Of a stretch of DNA of 64,000 bases, positions 9,008 through 17,870 are shown piece by piece. How positions within the stretch are numbered: position 1 is the stretch's first letter; every line of letters starts with the position of its first letter. Below the pieces are notes generated by a model. The model had not been told where the DNA came from, ran no database searches, and worked only from the letters and a program-made list of their open reading frames with translations. A program made the translations under genes and the position numbers. The stretch lies in contig LBWK01000001.1 in the NCBI GenBank assembly GCA_000993565.1, forward strand, positions 198,409-262,408, in the 5' to 3' direction. Source of the DNA: a candidate division WS6 bacterium GW2011_GWF2_39_15. Its GTDB lineage: Bacteria; Patescibacteriota; Dojkabacteria; SC72.

Positions 9008-9670
9008 AACTACAAACTCACCTTTAAGTTTGATCCTGCCATTTTTAATATCCATAAGATGCTCACTCACATTTTTCTTACTAAACAGTTCGTATAACTT
9101 TGTTATATCATTAGCAATAACGACGTTTCGATCTCCCAAACTTTCAGAAATTTCTATTAGCAGCCTCTCCAATCTCTGCGGAGACTCGTAAATAACAAGA
9201 GAGACATCCAGTTTTCCATACTCTGTAAGCATCTCTTTCCTTTTAGTATCAGACTTCGGAAGAAAACCCAGAAAAAGAAATTTGTCTGTAACAACACCAC
9301 TTACGCTTAAAGCTGCAATTGCAGCATTAGGACCCGGAATAGGCGAGACTGTATAACCTCTTGATACAAGGTCTCTCACCAATTTAAAACCGGGATCAGA
9401 GATAACCGGGGTGCCGGAATCGGACACCAGTGCCAGGTTTAAACCGTTATCTAACTTCTCGAGCACTTTTTCAATCATTCTCACGTGATTCTGGTCACGA
9501 TAAGACACAAGAGAGGTTTCAATGGAATACTTCCGAAGTAACTTAGCCGTTTCTCTCGTGTCCTCAGCCAGTATGAAGGCGACTGATTTAAGTGTTTCTA
9601 TCGCACGCAGTGTAATATCACCAAGATTACCTATTGGAGTAGCTACTACAAAGAGAGTTCCTTTATTCAT
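8990..9670 (-). CDS. rsmI: 16S rRNA 2'-O-ribose C1402 methyltransferase RsmI (tetrapyrrole methylase fold)
   Basis: LFVVATPIGNLGDITLRA...LAEDTR signature N-terminus; 18-nt convergent overlap with tatD. Confidence 0.85.
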   Translation of the reverse strand: MNKGTLFVVATPIGNLGDITLRAIETLKSVAFILAEDTRETAKLLRKYSIETSLVSYRDQNHVRMIEKVLEKLDNGLNLALVSDSGTPVISDPGFKLVRDLVSRGYTVSPIPGPNAAIAALSVSGVVTDKFLFLGFLPKSDTKRKEMLTEYGKLDVSLVIYESPQRLERLLIEISESLGDRNVVIANDITKLYELFSKKNVSEHLMDIKNGRIKLKGEFVVLIDKE

Positions 9671-10418
9671 TTCTTAAAAAGTCTTTAACTAATTTAGTAC
9701 TCGCCTTCCAGCCCTCCTTTGTTCCAAAATGTCCGCCGCCTTTAACTACCCTTATCATATCACTTCCTCCAATTTCCTCAGTATTTTTAACGTCAAAGAC
9801 CTTTTCATGATCTCCCATGATAATCATGACATTAGATTTTTTGTTAACTCTGATATTCTTTATCTGCCCTAAAAGATTACATATATACTTCACATCTCCC
9901 GAGAGAATCGATTGAACCTCCTTTGCTGAAAGACGCAGATTAAATACCGCAAGAATCTTCTGAATTAGGGAATACCTCCAGTGATCTCCTAATCCCCTAA
10001 ATAAATACATAAACTTTAAACCCATTATGGTTGTAAGCGGTATTCCATTGAAGGGTCCCGACCATAACACGACCTTCTTTATATTTCTTTTCGCTCTGTA
10101 TTTATCTACATACAGTGCGGCAATTATCGCCCCAAAGGAAAAGCCTACAAGCGAAACGGTTCTATACTCCAGATGACTCACAAGGCCATCTAGATAATCA
10201 ACAATCTGGTCTAGAGAAGTTAGACCTTGCTTTGATAATCCATTATGCCCGGGCAAATCCAGAGAAATACATCGATACATTTTAAACGAAGGGAAAAACC
10301 TTGCTCCAAATTCCATAGAATGAAAAGCCCCATGGAGAAAAATAAGGACATCACTGCTGTCACCCACATCATAGTATGAATATTCGTAATCATTAATTTT
10401 GATTGATTTAGAGTTCAT
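9663..10418 (-). CDS. Alpha/beta-fold hydrolase
   Basis: VLIFLHGAFHS and GFSFGA nucleophile elbow; the ORF is open to 10562, but the basic N-terminal extension looks spurious, so Met at about 10418 (MNSKSIKIN) is preferred. Confidence 0.55.
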   Translation of the reverse strand: MNSKSIKINDYEYSYYDVGDSSDVLIFLHGAFHSMEFGARFFPSFKMYRCISLDLPGHNGLSKQGLTSLDQIVDYLDGLVSHLEYRTVSLVGFSFGAIIAALYVDKYRAKRNIKKVVLWSGPFNGIPLTTIMGLKFMYLFRGLGDHWRYSLIQKILAVFNLRLSAKEVQSILSGDVKYICNLLGQIKNIRVNKKSNVMIIMGDHEKVFDVKNTEEIGGSDMIRVVKGGGHFGTKEGWKASTKLVKDFLRNE

Positions 10419-10464
10419 GACATATAATTGTACTATAGAATCTCTAGGATATATAATAGAGACT

Positions 10465-10998
10465 ATGTGGAATGGAATAATCATATCAGTCTTTTTTCTC
10501 TTAATTCTTTTCTTTCTGGGAATAATCCTTACCTCGATAACCTCATTCTTCCTTGTCCCCATATACTTTACCCCAGTAAAACTGCTTAAAGAGATTTCTC
10601 AGATAATTAATCCTCAAAACGGAGATAATGTAGTAGATCTAGGATCAGGTGACGGACGCATTCTGTTCTCCCTCTCTGACATTGCAAAGATAAAGGCTTA
10701 TGGATATGACATATCGCCAATCATGATTATCTTTTCCAAAATCAGAATGATATATACTCTGAGATTAAATCGGGATATCACATTTGATGTAATGAGCATA
10801 TTTGATATACCGCTTAAAAAGTTTGATATCGTATATTGCAATTTAAATTCCAAGGTTATGCAGATACTCGGTAAGAAGTTCGAGAAAGAACTGAAAGGGA
10901 CTACAGTTTACAGCTATAATTACGAAATAGAGAAAAAGAAGATAAATAAAACTTATACATTGAGCAACGGAGTCAAACTATTTGAATATAAGTACTAA
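10465..10998 (+). CDS. Class I SAM-dependent methyltransferase with an N-terminal TM anchor
   Basis: VVDLGSGDGRI (motif I) and DIVYCNL (motif IV-like); the ORF is open from 10399, but ATG at about 10465 is preferred; divergent from the hydrolase gene, with starts overlapping at a TCATGA. Confidence 0.55.
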   Translation: MWNGIIISVFFLLILFFLGIILTSITSFFLVPIYFTPVKLLKEISQIINPQNGDNVVDLGSGDGRILFSLSDIAKIKAYGYDISPIMIIFSKIRMIYTLRLNRDITFDVMSIFDIPLKKFDIVYCNLNSKVMQILGKKFEKELKGTTVYSYNYEIEKKKINKTYTLSNGVKLFEYKY

Positions 10999-10999
10999 G

Positions 11000-11593
11000 A
11001 TGAATCCTGAATTGCGCCTTCTTAAGTCAGAAATAATACGTTTATGCTCATATCCTCGGTTTATTCATCATCAATGGTTTGTGAAGTACCATCTTGAAAT
11101 AGTAGAAAGAATTGTAAATGAAGCTTGTCAATTCTATCCTAAGGCAGATCAGGAATTACTTCAGGGTTTAATTTGGATGCATGACTACGCAAAAATTGTT
11201 GATTTTGAAAAGAAAGATGACTTTACAGTTTTCGAAAAAGCAATTCCAATGCTCACAAGTTTCGGGTTCACCACAGATTATATTTCAAGGCAGATGAAAG
11301 CCCTCAGTCAGATTGAAAACAAGCTGAAAGAGGATATTAATAAAGCACCACTAGAAGTTAAAATCCTATCATCAGCTGACGGTGCCTCTCACTTTTTCGG
11401 TCCATTTTTTGAGATATACTTCGCAGAAAACAGCTCACTGCCGATTGAAGAACTAATGCTGAGTAACCTTAAGAAAATAGATAAGGACGTTACAAGGAAA
11501 ATCGTTATTCCCGAGATAATGAAGGCAGTTCAGACCAGAATTAAGTTCCTAAAAGAGCAAAACGGAATCTTACCTAAGCGATATCTTTCATAA
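11000..11593 (+). CDS. HD-domain phosphohydrolase
   Basis: HH...WMHDYAK metal-binding pattern; start 1 nt after the preceding stop (translational coupling). Confidence 0.55.
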   Translation: MNPELRLLKSEIIRLCSYPRFIHHQWFVKYHLEIVERIVNEACQFYPKADQELLQGLIWMHDYAKIVDFEKKDDFTVFEKAIPMLTSFGFTTDYISRQMKALSQIENKLKEDINKAPLEVKILSSADGASHFFGPFFEIYFAENSSLPIEELMLSNLKKIDKDVTRKIVIPEIMKAVQTRIKFLKEQNGILPKRYLS

Positions 11594-11605
11594 ATTAACC
11601 CTCAA

Positions 11606-11634
11606 TTGACTTCCCGGTATACCGGGTATACTAT
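11606..11634 (+). promoter_or_regulatory. Sigma70-like promoter for rarA: TTGACT, 17 nt, TACTAT, with a CCCGGTATACCGGG palindrome in the spacer
   Basis: Read directly; lies 9 to 37 nt upstream of the rarA ATG. Confidence 0.45.
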
Positions 11635-11642
11635 ATATTCAT

Positions 11643-12833
11643 ATGAACGAACCTCTTGCTTCAAAATACAGGCCAAATACTCTTTCCGACTTTGTTGGTC
11701 AGAAACATCTAGTTGGAGACTCTTCACCAATATATAAGTTCATAAAGAATAGAACACTCCCATCCATGATCTTCTGGGGACCTCCTGGTACTGGCAAGAC
11801 AACACTCGCCTATATTATTTCACAAGATCTTTTCTACGATTTCCACAGGCTTCAGGCTATCTCAAGCGGCAAAAGCACACTACTTAAGCTCGTAAAGGTA
11901 GCACTAAACAATCAGATGTATGGGAAAGGAACTATTGTTTTCATTGATGAAATACATAGATGGAACAAAGCACAGCAGGATGTTCTTCTTCCATATGTTG
12001 AAAAAGGAATCATCACTTTAATAGGTGCAACGACTGAAAATCCGTCGTTTAGAATAAATGGAGCTCTGCTCTCAAGAACCAAAGTATTTGTGTTTAAACA
12101 GCATACACTGGAAGATATAAAAGAGTATTTAGTGAAGATAAGTAAAAAAGAGTTTCCGGATATTAAAATATCAAAGGATATACTTGAGAATATGTCTGAG
12201 CTATCAAATGGTGACCTAAGATCAGGGCTGAATATTCTTCAAATATCCGCTGATTTGTCCAAAGAAGAAGGGAAAATAACAAAAGAGATTCTGGAATCAG
12301 CTATCCAAAAGAACCTATACTACGATAGAGCAGGGGATGAGCATTTCAACCTTATATCTGCTGTCCATAAATCACTCAGGTCATCAAACGCTGATGCGGC
12401 CTGTTATTGGATTATACGCATGCTTGAAGGAGGTGAGGATCCTCTCTATATAGCAAGGAGGATGGTCCGCTTTGCCGCTGAAGATATTGGTAATGCTGAT
12501 CCTAATGCCACAATACTTGCAAATGCCGTTTATGATGTATGCAATAAACTTGGGGTACCGGAGTGTGATGTTCACCTTATACAGTTAGCAATATATCTTG
12601 CCAAAGCTCCTAAAGACAATACAACCTACAGGATAAGTCAGGAGATTAAGGCTGACATAAAAAAGTTCGGAAACCTTGAAGTTCCCCTACATATTAGAAA
12701 TGCTCCGACACAGTTAATGAAAGATTTAGGATACGGAGACGGATACCAGTATGATCATGATCTGCCGGACAAGAAGTCCGACCAACAGTGTATGCCTGAC
12801 AAATTGAAGGATAGAAGATATAATATCTCATAG
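11643..12833 (+). CDS. rarA: Replication-associated recombination protein A (RarA/MgsA AAA+ ATPase)
   Basis: LASKYRPNTLSDFVGQKHL..., Walker A GPPGTGKTTLA, Walker B VFIDEIHR. Confidence 0.85.
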   Translation: MNEPLASKYRPNTLSDFVGQKHLVGDSSPIYKFIKNRTLPSMIFWGPPGTGKTTLAYIISQDLFYDFHRLQAISSGKSTLLKLVKVALNNQMYGKGTIVFIDEIHRWNKAQQDVLLPYVEKGIITLIGATTENPSFRINGALLSRTKVFVFKQHTLEDIKEYLVKISKKEFPDIKISKDILENMSELSNGDLRSGLNILQISADLSKEEGKITKEILESAIQKNLYYDRAGDEHFNLISAVHKSLRSSNADAACYWIIRMLEGGEDPLYIARRMVRFAAEDIGNADPNATILANAVYDVCNKLGVPECDVHLIQLAIYLAKAPKDNTTYRISQEIKADIKKFGNLEVPLHIRNAPTQLMKDLGYGDGYQYDHDLPDKKSDQQCMPDKLKDRRYNIS

Positions 12834-12916
12834 TAACACCAATTCTAGATACAAAATTTCTTTCAGCGAAAGATTGGGAGACAGAGGATGTTCTTCAAGG
12901 ACATAGCTATGAAACT

Positions 12917-13666
12917 ATGCTTTCGAATCGTGAAGGTTTCAGCCCGTATCATCTTAGATCATGCCTTTTAAAAGCAAAGGAAAAACTTGACTCAATACCT
13001 GGCCCCCACTTAAAACAACGAAATGAACTTTCACCAGATTGGCTAGGCTGGTGGATTGACCGCTTTGAACAAATTCAAAATGATTATTCCCATGATATAC
13101 TCATACATCACCAAAACTTCGCTACATTCTATAGTATTCAGTACATAATTCCCCCCCGATTAAGACCAAACTACGGAACCCTGTTTGTGGCAGGGTTTGA
13201 GGGAGGACCTAACCATCGAAACGCTCTTTATCAGATATCTGCTAAAAGATATACACCCATAATTATTTTTGAACAGGAAAGTTATTTTGAATTGTTCAAA
13301 GACAGGCTACCTTTGCTTCCACTGGAAATAAGGATGTCTATGCTAAAGTTTTTCCCCGGGTTTGAAGGGATTGTAACTGTTTCTCCGACGGTGCCGATAC
13401 CAGGTCAAGATTTAAACCAATACTATGCCAACCTTCATAGGCAGACAGAAGCCTTTGTTTGCTTTGTCGATGAAAATGATCCTAATTGGGAAATGAAAAG
13501 AAATCGAGGAATCAAACCAGAGGACGCAACCCTTACTCACTTTAATGTGCCAAGCACTTCAGAACGGGTTGCGAGACTTAGACCAAGAGACGCAGAGAGT
13601 CTGCAAACCACTCTTTTTAGCGGTATAAAAATCCCAATATCCCTTGAACCCGAAGAGATATTATAA
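12917..13666 (+). CDS. Hypothetical protein, no recognisable domain
   Basis: Long ORF; local composition looks slightly GC-richer than flanking genes; weak RBS. Confidence 0.4.
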   Translation: MLSNREGFSPYHLRSCLLKAKEKLDSIPGPHLKQRNELSPDWLGWWIDRFEQIQNDYSHDILIHHQNFATFYSIQYIIPPRLRPNYGTLFVAGFEGGPNHRNALYQISAKRYTPIIIFEQESYFELFKDRLPLLPLEIRMSMLKFFPGFEGIVTVSPTVPIPGQDLNQYYANLHRQTEAFVCFVDENDPNWEMKRNRGIKPEDATLTHFNVPSTSERVARLRPRDAESLQTTLFSGIKIPISLEPEEIL

Positions 13667-14188
13667 ATCAAAAAGCTCCCAGAAATGATCAAGGAATAAC
13701 CAATTATTATGTTTATTGGCGATTGCAACTGCTTGATCTAAGGTAATTACTTTAGCTTTTACAAGAAGAGTTAGAACATATAATTCATCCTTTTCTTGCA
13801 AAAATCCCGAACAGCTAACTACAATATCTGTTCCTGGAACATTAACCGCCCCAAGAAATAGCCCTCTATCTCTTGGATCCCCACTATTACCCCACTTTGC
13901 ACAGTCATAGGCCTTTCTTAAACCAGTTTCAAAGTAAGTAACATCTTTTCTTTTCATAACTTGCTCTTCACTTAATTCTCCCAGTGTTAGAACCTCGTCA
14001 TTCACATATTTACCAAATTCATTTCTTCTCCCTAGATATAAATAAACCCTTTGACGAGAAACTTCATTTTCTTCTCCAGGATGGGGAATATCTTTACATA
14101 GACTGAAGACTTGCGGTGCAGCCTTAGTAATCATATCAATATATTCCTGCTCTTCCTCCTTCGTTATAGATTCGTAATATAAACCCAT
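13661..14188 (-). CDS. Hypothetical protein, no recognisable domain
   Basis: Long ORF convergent with the previous gene (6-nt overlap). Confidence 0.45.
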   Translation of the reverse strand: MGLYYESITKEEEQEYIDMITKAAPQVFSLCKDIPHPGEENEVSRQRVYLYLGRRNEFGKYVNDEVLTLGELSEEQVMKRKDVTYFETGLRKAYDCAKWGNSGDPRDRGLFLGAVNVPGTDIVVSCSGFLQEKDELYVLTLLVKAKVITLDQAVAIANKHNNWLFLDHFWELFDL

Positions 14189-14251
14189 AGAGGATATTAT
14201 ACATCTGTAACAAGATATTATAAAAGGAGTGAGCCGAACTCTAAATATACG

Positions 14252-14280
14252 TTGCTACAATACATATTCTCCTGTATAAT
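14252..14280 (+). promoter_or_regulatory. Near-consensus sigma70 promoter: TTGCTA, 17 nt, TATAAT
   Basis: Read directly; 28 nt upstream of the 14308 ORF. Confidence 0.5.
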
Positions 14281-14307
14281 CAATTTCTTTAACCAAAGCA
14301 AATAAAA

Positions 14308-14625
14308 ATGGCAGATAGAAAAAGAGGTGGAGAATTTGGAGGTGACGATTATCAAGGTTCTGGCAACTCCTCACTGATTTTCGATGCAGGAGCAGACCAT
14401 CCTACCAATCCTGAAAGAATACGGACGATGAAAAAAATAGTGAAAAGGATGAAAGAAGAAAGTCTTCCTAATACAGATACCGACTTTGAAATGGCTTCAA
14501 AGTTCTCCAATTTAGCGCGAACACAAGGGTTTATACCTTCTTCAATAATGAATAGATTCCAACTTACAGACAGAACACGAGAGATCATTCTAAGGATGGA
14601 GGAAGACCCAGAAGAAATTGACTAA
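14308..14625 (+). CDS. Hypothetical acidic, probably disordered protein
   Basis: ORF with the strong promoter above; Gly/Asp/Glu-rich, no domain recognised. Confidence 0.45.
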   Translation: MADRKRGGEFGGDDYQGSGNSSLIFDAGADHPTNPERIRTMKKIVKRMKEESLPNTDTDFEMASKFSNLARTQGFIPSSIMNRFQLTDRTREIILRMEEDPEEID

Positions 14626-14631
14626 CTGTCA

Positions 14632-14899
14632 TTTACTCTTTTCAGATCTTTATATATAATAAACCTGTTCTTTCCAACTAACAAACTGTGAAGGAGAAAC
14701 AGTAGAGAGTAGTGGTGACATTAAGAGAAAGGTTGTCTGTTGCAAAACCTTCGTACACTATGGTCTCGAATTACACTCTGGAGTTTTAATATCAATGAGT
14801 CCCACTAACTTATAGTGGGAAAAGTAAAGTGGTACCGCGTTTATACACGCCTTTACATATATCTAAAAGATTAGGTATATGTAAGGGCGTTTTTGTTTT
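14632..14899 (+). promoter_or_regulatory. T-box riboswitch leader of tyrS, Tyr UAC specifier: promoter, Stem I region, Stem III, antiterminator/terminator switch
   Basis: T-box core AAAGUGGUACCGCG at about 14826-14840. Antiterminator A1 AAAG/CUUU, 7-nt bulge UGGUACC (UGGU matches the tRNA-Tyr discriminator A), A2 GCGU/ACGC. Mutually exclusive 15-bp terminator hairpin (ACGCCTTTACATATA / TATATGTAAGGGCGT) followed by TTTTGTTTT, ending 26 nt before the tyrS ATG. AGAGAG motif and cgUACAc specifier candidate at about 14754. Stem III hairpin CCCACT/AGTGGG just 5' of the T-box sequence. Putative promoter TTTACT, 17 nt, TATAAT at 14632-14660. Confidence 0.7.
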
Positions 14900-14924
14900 A
14901 AATAAACTATGATACATTAAATAC

Positions 14925-16115
14925 ATGGTAAAAACTGATGAGAAGATAATTAACAGAATCCTTAACAAAGCCGTTGAGGAAATACTCCCAACTAAAGAGG
15001 AACTTAACAAGCTTCTACACTCAGGAAAGAGAATAAGAATATACCAAGGATTTGACCCTACTGCTCCCACTCTCCATATTGGACACACTGTAATGATGAG
15101 AAAGCTTGAAGATTTTAGAAAGCTGGGACACGAGGTAATCTTTCTCATGGGAAACTTCACAGGCATGATCGGGGATCCAACGGATAAAGCCGCAGCCAGA
15201 AAACAACTAACCATAGAGCAGGTAAATGAGAATTTAAAGCTATATAAAGAGCAGGCAAGCTCAATCATTGATATCGACAATCCTGAAAATCCAGTTCAGA
15301 TCCTATATAACTACGACTGGTTAAGCAAGCTCAGTTTCGCAGACGTTGTTGAACTGGCAAGCCAGTTTACAGTCCAGCAGATGCTAAAAAGAAGCATGTT
15401 CCAGAAGAGACTGGAAGAAGATAGACCCATCGGACTGCATGAATTCCTCTACCCGCTAATGCAGGGATATGATTCCGTAGCTATGGATGTTGATGTCGAA
15501 GTAGGGGGGAATGATCAGCTCTTTAATATGCTGGCAGGAAGAACACTTGTAAAAGCCTTAAAGAACAAAGAGAAAATCGTAATAGCAGGCAAACTCCTTA
15601 CAACTGCTGAAGGAGCTAAGATGGGCAAATCGGAGGGCAATATGATCATGCTCTCAGACTCTTCGGAAAATATATATGGCAAAGTAATGGCGTTTCCTGA
15701 TGAACACATTGTACCCGGGTTTGAGCTTCTCACATCGATGGAACTTGAAGAGGTTGAAGACATTAAGCAGAAATTAGAAAAGGGAGAGAACCCAGTGGGA
15801 CTGAAAAAGCAGCTTGCCCACCAACTCACCAAAGAACTAAAAGGTGAGGGAGCCGCCGATGCCGCTCAAAAATACTTTGAAGAGATATTTCAAAATAAAA
15901 GCTTTGAAACAGATATAGAAACATTCAAAGGAATCGGAAAAAACGTTCTAGACATAATGACTGAATCAGGAATATGCAAGAGCAAAGGTGAAGCAAGGAG
16001 ATTAATACAACAGAATGCCGTAAAACACGAAAACACTCTTATAACAGATTCCACACAAGTAATCTCAGCACAAGGGATTCTAAAAGTAGGCAAACAGGTC
16101 GTTAATATAGTATAA
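14925..16115 (+). CDS. tyrS: Tyrosyl-tRNA synthetase (with C-terminal S4-like domain)
   Basis: HIGH motif (TLHIGHTV), KMSKS-like motif (KMGKSEGN), S4-like C-terminus. Confidence 0.9.
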   Translation: MVKTDEKIINRILNKAVEEILPTKEELNKLLHSGKRIRIYQGFDPTAPTLHIGHTVMMRKLEDFRKLGHEVIFLMGNFTGMIGDPTDKAAARKQLTIEQVNENLKLYKEQASSIIDIDNPENPVQILYNYDWLSKLSFADVVELASQFTVQQMLKRSMFQKRLEEDRPIGLHEFLYPLMQGYDSVAMDVDVEVGGNDQLFNMLAGRTLVKALKNKEKIVIAGKLLTTAEGAKMGKSEGNMIMLSDSSENIYGKVMAFPDEHIVPGFELLTSMELEEVEDIKQKLEKGENPVGLKKQLAHQLTKELKGEGAADAAQKYFEEIFQNKSFETDIETFKGIGKNVLDIMTESGICKSKGEARRLIQQNAVKHENTLITDSTQVISAQGILKVGKQVVNIV

Positions 16116-16205
16116 TCACTCCCAATATGAAAACAACCAAACCTATCACAATGTTAATTTGCCTTAAGCTACAGCCATAGGGGTTATATTAAACTGATAT
16201 ATACA

Positions 16206-16230
16206 CCCCTACGAAAGTAGGGGTTTTTGT
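16206..16230 (+). terminator. Rho-independent terminator after tyrS
   Basis: CCCCTAC-GAAA-GTAGGGG followed by TTTTTGTT. Confidence 0.6.
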
Positions 16231-16233
16231 TAA

Positions 16234-17739
16234 ATGAAAAGACTAAATGATAAACAGACAATAATCAAAGAGATCCTGAAGAACGTGCCCGATAGATTTG
16301 AGGACATTGTAATGAAGGCCATTCACTTTGCAGAGCTGGCCCACAACGGTGAGAAAAGATTTTCAGGAGAAGACTTCATAATACACGCACTGAATGTAGG
16401 CCTTTTTGCCGCACAAATCCGCCTCGATACCTCCTCAGTAATTGCAGGCATATTCCACCAAACCACGTCAAAAAGGTTTAAAACGGAGGAACAGATAAAA
16501 AAAGTAAAAGGCGAGATCAAGGAGTTATTTGGGGAAGAAATCCTTCAAATTGTAGAGCAGCTTGAACAGCTCAACCAGGCTACTAAAATCAACAAGTTCG
16601 GGAACACAAAAGTCTTAACGAAATATATGCTCAGTAGCTCTAAAGATATCCGACCCCTCCTTATCAAGCTCTGCGATATACAAGAGGAGATTAAAACAGT
16701 TGAATACCTGCCAAAAGACAAAATAAAAGGATTTTGTAAGAAAGTCCTTGATGTATATTCCCCCCTTTCTGAGTTTATGAACTTTGCAGAGACCAAAAAA
16801 TTCCTCGACGAATCTGCTTTTAAGATCCTTGACCCTGAAAATTACACAGTAATTGAAGGAATTCTTAAGGAATATGGAATAAATGAGTCACTCAAGAAAA
16901 AATATATACGATACCTCAAAACTCTCTCGGAGGTCTTAGATTTCAAAACAATGATCACAGGTCGAATTAAGAGCAAATACAGTATATATAGGAAATTGGA
17001 AAAGTACTTAAAAGAAGGCCGAAACGGTAAGATAGTTGAGATAAGCGACCTACTTGCATTCTCCGTAATAACGAAGCTTGTATCACAATGTTTTAAAACT
17101 TCTCAAGCCCTCAAAATGTTTACAAATGAGAGAGAAGAGAGATTTGATGATTATATAAGCAATCCGAAACCAAACGGCTTTAAAGCCATCCAGATGACAA
17201 CTCAAATTCCAGAGATATCAAGACTTTTTGTAGAGGTCCAGATTCTTACGGATGAAATGTATTATTTTAATACCTATGGCCCGGCATCTCATATAGCATA
17301 TAAAGCAAGCAGGGTCAGATTTGCACGAAGTCAAAATGACATAGACTGGATAGAGGATATACATACTTCAATCACCAAACATATTAATCAACGGGAAACG
17401 CGTTTTTCAATACCAGTCAATGGGGAAGTTTTCAAGGATCAGGTATTTGTCTTTACACCCAAAGAGCTTCTAATAGAGCTCGAAAAAGGCTCAAGTGTAA
17501 TTGATTTTGCTTATAAGCTTCATACGAATATAGGTCACAGCATGATTGCAGCTAAAATTAACGGCAGATTGGTACCAATCACTTATCAGCCTAAAACCGG
17601 AGACGTCATAGAAATCATTTCGCAAAAAGGAAAAACTAATCCAGACTCCAAATGGCTTTCTTACGCCAAGTCTACTTCTACAAAAAAGAAAATCAGGAAT
17701 AGGCTCAAAATGAAAACCCCTGTTGATAGAAAAAGGTAG
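16234..17739 (+). CDS. rel: Short RelA/SpoT homolog (HD hydrolase, synthetase and TGS domains; no ACT domain)
   Basis: HD region (HFAELAHNGEKRFSGEDFIIHAL), synthetase motif GRIKSKYSIYRKL, TGS (LVPITYQPKTGDVIEII). Confidence 0.8.
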   Translation: MKRLNDKQTIIKEILKNVPDRFEDIVMKAIHFAELAHNGEKRFSGEDFIIHALNVGLFAAQIRLDTSSVIAGIFHQTTSKRFKTEEQIKKVKGEIKELFGEEILQIVEQLEQLNQATKINKFGNTKVLTKYMLSSSKDIRPLLIKLCDIQEEIKTVEYLPKDKIKGFCKKVLDVYSPLSEFMNFAETKKFLDESAFKILDPENYTVIEGILKEYGINESLKKKYIRYLKTLSEVLDFKTMITGRIKSKYSIYRKLEKYLKEGRNGKIVEISDLLAFSVITKLVSQCFKTSQALKMFTNEREERFDDYISNPKPNGFKAIQMTTQIPEISRLFVEVQILTDEMYYFNTYGPASHIAYKASRVRFARSQNDIDWIEDIHTSITKHINQRETRFSIPVNGEVFKDQVFVFTPKELLIELEKGSSVIDFAYKLHTNIGHSMIAAKINGRLVPITYQPKTGDVIEIISQKGKTNPDSKWLSYAKSTSTKKKIRNRLKMKTPVDRKR

Positions 17740-17758
17740 TTGAAGTACAATCTGTTAT

Positions 17759-17869
17759 ATGAAAGAAAGCACAAAAAAGAGAATTAAGAACTTCTTAAAT
17801 ATTTTCGTAGCAATTATCCTAATAGGAAGCATTGTTTTCCCCTTAATAATAACTATATTAGGTCTCTAA
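17759..17869 (+). CDS. Possible 36-aa single-TM peptide abutting recG
   Basis: ATG...TAA frame MKESTKKRIKNFLNIFVAIILIGSIVFPLIITILGL; no obvious SD; below the ORF-track size cutoff. Confidence 0.3.
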   Translation: MKESTKKRIKNFLNIFVAIILIGSIVFPLIITILGL

Positions 17870-17870
17870 A

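Noticed and set aside
14846-14899. Hairpin plus T-tract initially read as the terminator of the 14308-14625 gene
   Set aside because: Reinterpreted as the terminator arm of the tyrS T-box, because the T-box core and antiterminator share its 5' strand
14810-15280. 156-aa minus-strand ORF
   Set aside because: Overlaps the T-box terminator and the 5' end of tyrS on the opposite strand; Ser/Leu-rich shadow
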